From the NCBI GenBank assembly GCA_949295325.1, contig CASFKG010000001.1, positions 263,665-327,664 of the forward strand: DNA of 64,000 bases, in the 5' to 3' direction. The stretch comes from an uncultured bacterium (GTDB lineage: Bacteria > Bacillota_I > Bacilli_A > RFN20 > CAG-826). Below, in pieces: positions 1 to 7,444 of this stretch. Position 1 is the stretch's first letter. Each line of letters starts with the position of its first letter. Made by a program: the position numbers and the translations under genes. The notes under the pieces are model-generated. The model saw only the letters and a list, made by a program, of their open reading frames with translations. It was not told where the DNA came from and ran no database searches.

Positions 1-389
1 TTTTTGCCCTTGAACTCGAGGAAGACGAAGGCGTAGGCCGCCAAGACGGCGATAAGGAGGTAAAGGAAGGTATGGGCGAGCGAAGCCAATAGGGAATTCA
101 AAATCCAGGAGGTGATGGGCTGGGCATCCAGTCCGTAATCGTAGATGCCGCCCTGGTCGCCGCCGACGAAGAGTATTTTGAAATTCTCGATGGTGTAGCC
201 GAAGTCCGGGAAGAAGCTGCGGGGATTGGTGGCCCAGTCGAGCGAGGACTTGAAGGAGCCGTTGACGATATAGAGGATCGGGAATATCCAAAGGAAGCAG
301 AATAGGGCGAAGAAGACGGTAACGCCGAAACGCTTCAGGAAGCCCTTCGCCTCAGCGCTTCGCGAAATACTCTTTGAATTCGTTGGCAT
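1..389 (-). CDS. Sugar ABC transporter permease, second subunit (MalG/UgpE-like). Partial: the 3' end lies beyond the window start.
   Basis: The reverse-strand translation is a continuous hydrophobic permease-like sequence (MPTNSKSISRSAEAKGFLKRFGVTVFFALFCFLWIFPILY...). Its ATG at 389 overlaps the 3' end of the upstream permease, which is typical of operon coupling. Confidence 0.55.
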   Translation of the reverse strand, partial: MPTNSKSISRSAEAKGFLKRFGVTVFFALFCFLWIFPILYIVNGSFKSSLDWATNPRSFFPDFGYTIENFKILFVGGDQGGIYDYGLDAQPITSWILNSLLASLAHTFLYLLIAVLAAYAFVFLEFKGK

Positions 390-1398
390 GGCGGTTACCT
401 CCTTTCTTCTCCCGGTCGATCAATAGCCTGAGCGAGGCCAAGGCCCCGACGAAAATGCCGAAAACGATGCAGATCGCGCTTATCCTGCCCATCAACGAGA
501 ACTTTCCCGACCCGGTCAGGTAGTCCTGTATGACGTAGATGACCGTGTGGGTGACCCCCGGCCTTTCGGGATTGGCGAAGTCGCTCGGGCCGCCCATGGT
601 CAAGACGCGGTTCTGGCCGTAGAGGTTCATGTAGCCGATGAGGGTCGTGAAGAAGCAAAGCGACAGCTGGTACTTGATCCCGGGCAAAGTCACGTAGATG
701 AGGCGCTGGAAGGAATTGGCCCCGTCGATCAAGGCGGACTCGTAGAGGGATTTAGGCACGTTTTCGAGCCCCGCGGCGAGGATTATGAAATTGCTGCCGA
801 TGCCGTAAAGGCAAAGCAAAAAGATGACGAACCAGGCCGATATCGGGGTATTGAGCCATTCCACGTGGGTGCCGAACAGGGAGTTGACGAACCCGTCGTC
901 GCTATTCGAGAAGATATAGACGAACGCGGCCCCGGTGGCCGAGACGGCGAAGATCGAGGGAACGAATATGAGGGAACGGAAGATCCGGTAGCCGTAGGGC
1001 CTTTTCTTAAGAAGCGAGGCCAGGAACAGGGGCAGGAATATCGATACGGGCACGATGAGCAGGGCGAACAGGAACGTGTATAGGAGGGAAAACCAGAAGG
1101 AATAGAACGCGGTGTTGGCCACGGTCATGACGTTGCCGTCTGCCCCGATGACGGGCTCCCCGCCTATCACCACCGGTATTTCCGGGGTGAAGAGGAAATA
1201 GGAATAGTTGTCCAGCCCGACGAAATAGGTATCGGAAGGATCGGCGATGTTGTAGTGGTAAAAGGACATGTTGATGCCCGAGAGGAAGGGGATGAGGAAG
1301 AAAATCAGGAAGCAGAGCAAAAAGGGGAGAATGAAGGCCATCGCGACCGCGTAGCCCTTCGCGTAGTAGGCTATTTTCTCCTTCAGATGGGCTTCCAC
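352..1398 (-). CDS. Sugar ABC transporter permease (MalF/UgpA-like)
   Basis: 348-aa multi-TM protein in an operon with a solute-binding lipoprotein and a second permease. Confidence 0.8.
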   Translation of the reverse strand: MEAHLKEKIAYYAKGYAVAMAFILPFLLCFLIFFLIPFLSGINMSFYHYNIADPSDTYFVGLDNYSYFLFTPEIPVVIGGEPVIGADGNVMTVANTAFYSFWFSLLYTFLFALLIVPVSIFLPLFLASLLKKRPYGYRIFRSLIFVPSIFAVSATGAAFVYIFSNSDDGFVNSLFGTHVEWLNTPISAWFVIFLLCLYGIGSNFIILAAGLENVPKSLYESALIDGANSFQRLIYVTLPGIKYQLSLCFFTTLIGYMNLYGQNRVLTMGGPSDFANPERPGVTHTVIYVIQDYLTGSGKFSLMGRISAICIVFGIFVGALASLRLLIDREKKGGNRHANEFKEYFAKR

Positions 1399-1420
1399 TT
1401 CCCCGTTTCCTTCCCTTTGG

Positions 1421-2956
1421 CTATTGGTAGCTGGCGATTATCGAAAGGGAGTTCTGGTACTGCTCGCTAACGATTTCGGAAATGGGCTTGTTCTGCGTCT
1501 GGGTATTGAAGGTCTGGTGCCAGACTTCGTTTAAGCCCTGGTTCATCTCGAGGCCGTAGACCTCGGAGTAGTACTCGGTGACTCCGCCCAAGGTGAAGTT
1601 CTCCTGCCTTCCGAGATACTGTCCGACCTCCTGGTAGAAGGGGTCTTCGAGCAAGGCCTCGTCTTCCATCGCGGACTTGCGCATCGGAAGGTGGCCTCCC
1701 TTTATCCAGTCGACGTATTGCCTGGACATGTAGTCGGCGAACACCATGCAGGCGGCCTTGACCGTGTCGCTTTCGACGGTCCTGGTCAGCGAGAAGGCGT
1801 GGCTGGTGCCGACGATCTTCGAAGCGGTGTCCGCGTCGGGGTCCATCGCGAAGAGGTTGCTCAAAGGAATGATGGCCACCCCTTCGGAGAAGCCGCCGCT
1901 GCCCAGGCCGATGGCGCTGTCGAAGATGGTCTTGTAGCCCTGGAGGTTCCAGGGGCCGGTGGAACAGAATATGTAATTGCCTTTGTAGAAGTCGCTGATG
2001 AAATCGTAGGAGGCCGAGGGCTTGATGACGGGACGCGAACCGTCGGTGGGATACATGTAGGTCCTCATTTCCTCGAAATAATCGATCGTGGACTGGGTAT
2101 TCCAGGCCGGCAAGCCCCTGGAGTCGACCATCTCGGTCCCGTTTTGGACGGGGCCGGTGATCGCGTAGCTAAGCGCGTCGTCGAGCGCCTCGATGGACAT
2201 GAACCAAGGATAAAGGGCCGTACCCGCCGGGCCGGTCAGCCAATCGAGGTCGGGATTGGTCTGGGCCGTGGGCATGTATTGGTAGGTTCCCGCGTAGGCC
2301 TTGTCGGCCAGGCCCTTGCACACCTCGATGAAACTCCGGTAGTCGTGAGGAACCTCGAATCCGTTTTTCTCGATGATGTCCTTGCGGGCGATTATCACGT
2401 TGCTATGGACGTCGAGCGGGAAACCGTAGAGGTGTTCGCTGCCGTTAGAATCCTCGAGATAGAGGTCGTCCATGATGTTGGCGTAGAAGTCGTCACGGTC
2501 GAAGTCGATGCGGCTAAGTTCGATGGCCTCCTCGAGGGGGAGGTATATCCCCTGGCTTTGGAGTTCCCTTATCCTCTCCCCGTGTCCCTGGACGATGTCG
2601 GGGGCCTGGTCTGGATCGTTCACCACGGTATTGACGATAGCGGAAGAAAACTCGTCGTGCCGCCTCTCGGAACGGTTGACGTGGATCCGGCCTTCGTATT
2701 CCTCGTTGAACTTGTCCACTATGCCCTGCTGGATGACGCCGTCGGCCCCGATGGATATCGACCAGAAATCGATTTCAACGTTGTTGAAGACGGGATTTCC
2801 GTCTTTGTCGTAGCTGAGGTCGCTTTCGTGGCCGCCGGTTGAAGAAGTCGTGTTCCCTTCGGTGGAAGAGCTGATAAGCCCCGGTACCCCGGTGGGGCCG
2901 CAGGCGCACAAAGCGGTAAGGGACATGCCCAGTATGGCGAGAGGCAGTTTCTTCAT
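1421..2956 (-). CDS. Extracellular solute-binding lipoprotein of the sugar ABC transporter
   Basis: Lipoprotein signal MKKLPLAILGMSLTALCACG; 511-aa SBP-like protein immediately upstream of the two permeases. Confidence 0.8.
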   Translation of the reverse strand: MKKLPLAILGMSLTALCACGPTGVPGLISSSTEGNTTSSTGGHESDLSYDKDGNPVFNNVEIDFWSISIGADGVIQQGIVDKFNEEYEGRIHVNRSERRHDEFSSAIVNTVVNDPDQAPDIVQGHGERIRELQSQGIYLPLEEAIELSRIDFDRDDFYANIMDDLYLEDSNGSEHLYGFPLDVHSNVIIARKDIIEKNGFEVPHDYRSFIEVCKGLADKAYAGTYQYMPTAQTNPDLDWLTGPAGTALYPWFMSIEALDDALSYAITGPVQNGTEMVDSRGLPAWNTQSTIDYFEEMRTYMYPTDGSRPVIKPSASYDFISDFYKGNYIFCSTGPWNLQGYKTIFDSAIGLGSGGFSEGVAIIPLSNLFAMDPDADTASKIVGTSHAFSLTRTVESDTVKAACMVFADYMSRQYVDWIKGGHLPMRKSAMEDEALLEDPFYQEVGQYLGRQENFTLGGVTEYYSEVYGLEMNQGLNEVWHQTFNTQTQNKPISEIVSEQYQNSLSIIASYQ

Positions 2957-3067
2957 GTTCGTCTCCTTTGTAACCGCTTACATAGTAGAGGCAAACGCCG
3001 TGTTTCAATTATCCCGGTTTTTCCAAAATGTTTACCCAAATTACCAAAATGCGTACAATGAAGACCG

Positions 3068-3901
3068 ATGCAAGGCCATTACCTGCCGATCCGGGAAGGG
3101 TATCTGTATACCGAATCCGCAAACGCCCGCGAACTCATATACGAGGGTTATCAATCCTGCGTAAACGCGATAAGCCTCATTTCCCCTTCGCCGGCGGTAC
3201 GGGTCGAATATTCCGGCAAGGAAGTGGACATGGCCGCCCCGTTCATATTCCTTTCCTTCGCCGGCGAAGGCGGAAGGATCCGCTCGGAAGAAGCATTCGG
3301 GCACAAGACCCTCTACTTCTCCGTCTTCGACTTCTTCACCGAGTACAACCGCATAAGCCTCGAAGGCCTCAAGATCCTCTACCCCGGGAGATACGCGCAC
3401 GAAAGGCTCCTCGACGTCAGGGACGAATTCCACTTATCCTTGTCCCATATCCTTTCTTCCGCGTTCATGCTCCTAAAAAGCAAGAACCCTTCCTTCCGGC
3501 TATCGGAAGAAAGGCTCATATACGAGTTCATCAGGCTCTATCAGAAGGAGATGGCCTACATTGGCGTCAGGGTTCCTACGAGCTACAAGAAGGGGCTTCT
3601 TAGTCCCGCCTTCGAATTGCTGGGGAACAAGGAAGGGCGGGCAAGCCTTGAAGACATGGCCAAGGCCTGTTCCTTGAGCAAGAGCACTTTCATCAGGAAG
3701 TTCAAAGACGAATACGGGGCCTCCCCCTCTTCCTATATGGAAATAGAAAGACTGAAGGCCGCGAAGTACTTCCTGGAGGAAACTAACGATTCCATATCCG
3801 ACATCGCCTATAGGCTTGGCTACTCGAGCCCTTCCTCCTTCGACCGAGCCTATAAGCGGGTATATGGCATCAGTCCGAAGGAAGAAAGGCAAAAAGTCTA
3901 G
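3068..3901 (+). CDS. AraC-family transcriptional regulator
   Basis: C-terminal AraC-type double HTH (SKSTFIRKFKDEYGASPSSYMEIERL...ISDIAYRLGYSSPSSFDRAYKRVYGISP). Divergent from the sugar ABC operon. Confidence 0.85.
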   Translation: MQGHYLPIREGYLYTESANARELIYEGYQSCVNAISLISPSPAVRVEYSGKEVDMAAPFIFLSFAGEGGRIRSEEAFGHKTLYFSVFDFFTEYNRISLEGLKILYPGRYAHERLLDVRDEFHLSLSHILSSAFMLLKSKNPSFRLSEERLIYEFIRLYQKEMAYIGVRVPTSYKKGLLSPAFELLGNKEGRASLEDMAKACSLSKSTFIRKFKDEYGASPSSYMEIERLKAAKYFLEETNDSISDIAYRLGYSSPSSFDRAYKRVYGISPKEERQKV

Positions 3902-3920
3902 GCACCATCGAAAACCGATA

Positions 3921-4046
3921 TGGCAAAAGTTGCCAAGGCATTGGCAAGAGGTGCAACTAACTTCGTATGAAACTTGCCAATGGTTAGGCAAGTGTTGGTT
4001 ATACACCATGCATAAAGAAAACTTGCCATTGGTTTGGCAAGTTTTT
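3921..4046. repeat. Three tandem copies of an imperfect palindrome with 7-bp arms TTGCCAA/TTGGCAA and a short variable spacer (copies at 3929-3948, 3973-3992, 4022-4041).
   Basis: Read directly: gttgccaaggcattggcaag, cttgccaatggttaggcaag, cttgccattggtttggcaag. The cluster sits at the left GC boundary, just downstream of the OLD gene stop. Confidence 0.6.
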
Positions 4047-4066
4047 ACAAATCTGAGCAATAAGGT

Positions 4067-5977
4067 TTAACCCTGCTTTAGCTGGGCAAAGAGTGTTTTG
4101 AAATGATCCAATGTATCCTGGCTTAGCTTCAGTTGCCCTTTTTCTAGCCTCTCCTTGAACAACGTGGCAGCCCAAATCCTTTTGTAGGCCTCGTCTTCGC
4201 TGTTGGCGGAAGGGATGTTGCCCCTGTCCTCTTTGGCGAAGAGATCTTCTATCTCCTTAATGGATTCGTCTTTATCGAAGATGTCCCTTAAGGTAAGAAC
4301 CGAAGACGATAAAGCCGTGTCCTCCGCGCTCTCTTGAAACTTCCTTCCAGCTTCGTCCCCGTCGACAAGGACACGGCTCTTATGGAAGTGGTAATTGCCA
4401 AACTGAACAATAAGTTTCCTGAGCCGTTCCTTGTCGCCCTTCCTCCCTAGCCCGTTGAAAGGAAGGAAGTAGAGTTTGTCCTCGTCTAGTACCTTCTTGA
4501 AGGCCGTGAGATAAGCATAATCGGTAAACCCTTCTACCCAGACGACGATGTGTTCATTGTCGTAAAGGATGTTTGTTTCAACCGTCAAAGCATCCTTGAT
4601 CGGCCTTAATGCATCGGCATCGTTATCATCCAAGACGGTGAATGTATTATTTATATGACTGCCCAGATCACCAGGTTCCACCACTCTAAGTTCTTCGTAG
4701 CTATCAGGATTTATATAGAAGGGAGAATGCGTGGATATCACCACGGTTATGCCATTTCTGCGGGCAAAATCTGTAATGAATTCCTTCAGTTCACTCTGCC
4801 CATGCGGATGGAGATTTGTCGCTGGTTCGTCAAGCAAAAGAATGTCACCGGGTTTGAGAATACTAGCCGCGCAGACCCGGAAATAGAAATCGAAAAACCA
4901 TTTGAATCCGGTGGACTGCTGGGCATAGTTAAGGGGGACTGGCTCCTCTCCGTTCCCTTTCTTGTATATGTTGAAGCAGATGTCGTTGGTCTCGATATCG
5001 AGTTCGAACATATAGGACTGCGAACCGGTGGAGTAGAGTTTGTTGAACCTGTTGGATATGTTCTTTTTGATCTTGGCGTTTATTTTCCTCTCCAAACTTT
5101 TGATGAAGGAAGTGCTTCCGCTTTCCCGGCACAGTTCATAGGCTACCGACACTTCATTTGTGTCGACCCCTATTAAGCCGAAGAGCGATGTGAAGAACGG
5201 CATTCTGGATAGTGACGAGGGATTGCAATGCAAGTCCGAGGAGGAAAACGGCTTATCGTTATAGGAAACTATATCCGGTTTAATTGCAAATCCGTATTTC
5301 TTTTGAAATTCGGTTTTGGCCTCTTCTCCCGAGCAAACTTTCTCATAGTAAGTATAAAGAACACTCTTTGAGAAAATCGCCTTAGCTTTGACCATATCCT
5401 TAATTTCGGCTCGCACGGAATAGTTATAACTATTCCTTCCTATAACGGTGGAATTGCCCCCGTTCTTGTATATGCTGAAGAAGGGCTTGATAGCGTTAAA
5501 CAAGTCTTCATTGGACGTTTTACCATCAAACAAAATTGAACTATATCCTTCCTCGGAAATCTTAAAGCAGCCGAGAATGGTTTCGGCCTCCGTTTTCAAG
5601 GAGTCTAAATCAGCCTCTAGGAAGGTTCTCATGGACATGACATCCCCTCCGCTAAACTGAAGAGTCTGGGAATTGGAATTACGGGATTTGGAAACACTGA
5701 CGTTGTAGTAATTGTCGCCGTCTAAATAGATAAGGTTCACTTCGGCATAGCGGTGATCCTTGGACGGCAGAAAGTTGGTAATGTCATTGTTGCTGATCTC
5801 TACTGTTCCCAAAGCCCTAAGACCATCGATAACGTTACTTTTGCCCGAATTATTTGGGCCGATGATAATCGCTAGTCCACCTTCGTTCCCTTTCTGCATG
5901 GACCTATTGAGTACGAATTCTTCGTCTTCCCCGACGCCAAGATTCCGGTAATCGTGGAACTTCACTATTCTTTTCAT
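4067..5977 (-). CDS. OLD-family (overcoming lysogenization defect) ATPase-TOPRIM nuclease, GajA/class-1 OLD-like
   Basis: N-terminal ABC-type ATPase: Walker A GPNNSGKSN, Walker B LLLDEPATNLHP, H-loop STHSP. C-terminal OLD-type TOPRIM: VVWVEGFTDYAYL (EG..D) and VLVDGDEAG (DxD). 636 aa. Confidence 0.75.
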   Translation of the reverse strand: MKRIVKFHDYRNLGVGEDEEFVLNRSMQKGNEGGLAIIIGPNNSGKSNVIDGLRALGTVEISNNDITNFLPSKDHRYAEVNLIYLDGDNYYNVSVSKSRNSNSQTLQFSGGDVMSMRTFLEADLDSLKTEAETILGCFKISEEGYSSILFDGKTSNEDLFNAIKPFFSIYKNGGNSTVIGRNSYNYSVRAEIKDMVKAKAIFSKSVLYTYYEKVCSGEEAKTEFQKKYGFAIKPDIVSYNDKPFSSSDLHCNPSSLSRMPFFTSLFGLIGVDTNEVSVAYELCRESGSTSFIKSLERKINAKIKKNISNRFNKLYSTGSQSYMFELDIETNDICFNIYKKGNGEEPVPLNYAQQSTGFKWFFDFYFRVCAASILKPGDILLLDEPATNLHPHGQSELKEFITDFARRNGITVVISTHSPFYINPDSYEELRVVEPGDLGSHINNTFTVLDDNDADALRPIKDALTVETNILYDNEHIVVWVEGFTDYAYLTAFKKVLDEDKLYFLPFNGLGRKGDKERLRKLIVQFGNYHFHKSRVLVDGDEAGRKFQESAEDTALSSSVLTLRDIFDKDESIKEIEDLFAKEDRGNIPSANSEDEAYKRIWAATLFKERLEKGQLKLSQDTLDHFKTLFAQLKQG

Positions 5978-5980
5978 TTT

Positions 5981-6385
5981 CTATTTCTCCTTTTTATTAA
6001 TCTCTTTTATCAATGCAAGGGCCAAATGTTGGCCGGAGACAGCGCCTTCGCCAAGAGCCTTGAGAAGGGCGGTTCCCAAACCGTCGTTCTCGGGCTTACG
6101 CAGTTCGAGTACGAGATTTTTCTCGGACTCGGTTAGATTCAACTCGCTTTGGTCTTCCTTCTTCCTATCAAGTAGGAATCCAATGACGTTTTCCTTCCCA
6201 CAGTATGGATGAGAATCGATGTATTTGAACACCGCTAAAGGAAGTTCTCCTATAGATTTAAATTTCCTTTGGTCATATAGGTCTATGAACTTATAGACCG
6301 TAGGCCTAGACAAAGACAAATAAGAAGCGAGTTCGGTTATCTTGATATCAAGGTCTACCAATCTGTCCTTCAGGTTTTCCTTCAT
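5981..6385 (-). CDS. Small HTH DNA-binding protein, likely regulator of the downstream OLD gene
   Basis: HTH segment ITELASYLSLSRPTVYKFI near the N-terminus. Its stop codon is 3 nt from the OLD-family gene start on the same strand. Confidence 0.55.
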   Translation of the reverse strand: MKENLKDRLVDLDIKITELASYLSLSRPTVYKFIDLYDQRKFKSIGELPLAVFKYIDSHPYCGKENVIGFLLDRKKEDQSELNLTESEKNLVLELRKPENDGLGTALLKALGEGAVSGQHLALALIKEINKKEK

Positions 6386-6547
6386 GATAAGACATTATAT
6401 TATTTTACATTTTTTGTAAATACTATTTTACTATATCCGTAAAGCACAGCATTGAAATAGCGAAGGTGTTTGAGCTAATGAAAAAAGAAACATTCCTCGT
6501 AGAAAAAACGAGAACAATAAGAAACGATTGATTAAGAAGAACGAAAA

Positions 6548-6572
6548 CTCGCCAAATCATTGGCAAGTTTTG
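6548..6572. repeat. Fourth copy of the TTGCCAA/TTGGCAA palindrome (ctcgccaaatcattggcaagtttt), same orientation as copy 3
   Basis: Read directly. It abuts a TTGAAA -35-like hexamer (6570-6575) and lies upstream of a perfect TATAAT at 6608-6613, in the region between the divergent HTH and NTase genes. Confidence 0.55.
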
Positions 6573-6782
6573 AAAAGGATCGTCTAACGCTTTAATACCG
6601 ACTCCACTATAATGGCGCGATTTGAGGAACCGACCCTTCAAATGGTAGGAATGGGCACAAATAACTTTAGGAGGGGTTTTGATTATGTATCACTACATCG
6701 ATGACAAAGACTTTCTTCGCGAGCTCAATACATACGGAGGAATCTCACCAATGAACTCGGGCAGGCCATCAACAAAGGGCAT

Positions 6783-7334
6783 TTGAAAGTCAAATGCTAC
6801 CTAGTCGGCAGCGGTGCCCGAAGACTAATCACCCAAAACGGGAAAGAGCCGGTAGATCTGGACTACAACATCGTTATCATCGGAAATAAAAATGACTACG
6901 ATGCAAGAGAGTGCAAGGAAATGATCAGGGAGGGATTGAACAGGGTTCTTAAAAAGTATGGTCTACCAGATTCTCATGACTCGACTTCCTGTCTAACTAC
7001 CGACGGAATTGGTCCAACGGGAGGAAACAATACTCCGTTCAGTTTGGATATAGCTATTTTGAAGAAGACTGGAAAACAAGGACACTTGTCGCGGCTTATC
7101 CATTTCAAAACAGGTAATGTCGGTAATGATACCTATACCTGGAATGAGGTACCGAATACCAATGGGCTAGAAGAAAAAGTAAAAGCCCTAAGGGAATATG
7201 GCTATTGGTCAGAGGTACGCCAAGCCTACCTCAATCTAAAAAACATGTATCTAAATAAAAGGGACCATAATCATCCTTCATACATCTGCTATATGGAAGC
7301 GGTCAATCAAGTATTCCACAAAAATTTGAAATAG
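6783..7334 (+). CDS. Nucleotidyltransferase-fold protein (Pol-beta/MNT/KNTase-like). The N-terminus is uncertain.
   Basis: LVGSGARRLITQNGKEPVDLDYNIV matches hG[GS]x(9-13)Dh[DE]h (GSxAR...DxD). The frame is open from 6705, but the only RBS+ATG (AGGAGG...ATG at 6685) is in another frame; see findings. Confidence 0.5.
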   Translation: MKVKCYLVGSGARRLITQNGKEPVDLDYNIVIIGNKNDYDARECKEMIREGLNRVLKKYGLPDSHDSTSCLTTDGIGPTGGNNTPFSLDIAILKKTGKQGHLSRLIHFKTGNVGNDTYTWNEVPNTNGLEEKVKALREYGYWSEVRQAYLNLKNMYLNKRDHNHPSYICYMEAVNQVFHKNLK

Positions 7335-7444
7335 ACAGTCAACCGCGATCCAAGAAATTATCGTTTGTAGAATGGCTTCATTAGGGAGCCTGATTCTTTA
7401 GGGTTCCTTAAACCTAACACGAAACAAATTTTTGCGGTGAAACG

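Noticed and set aside
1691-2842. A 383-aa plus-strand ORF (and similar ones at 547-1083, 32464-32781, 38482-38916, 39085-39754, 40664-41356, 57990-59171, 60014-60838, 62627-63544) lying antisense to well-supported genes
   Set aside because: These are long stop-free antisense frames expected in ~60% GC DNA. Their compositions are G/R/A/D/E-rich with no motifs, and the opposite-strand genes have clear family signatures.
3816-4070. An 84-aa ORF overlapping the AraC 3' end and running through the palindromic repeat cluster
   Set aside because: It reads through repetitive palindromic DNA and overlaps a confident gene, so the repeats themselves are the more likely feature.
6423-6641. A 72-aa minus-strand ORF in the HTH/NTase intergenic region
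   Set aside because: It is AT-rich and low-complexity with no RBS, and overlaps the palindrome and promoter-like region, so it is more likely regulatory DNA.
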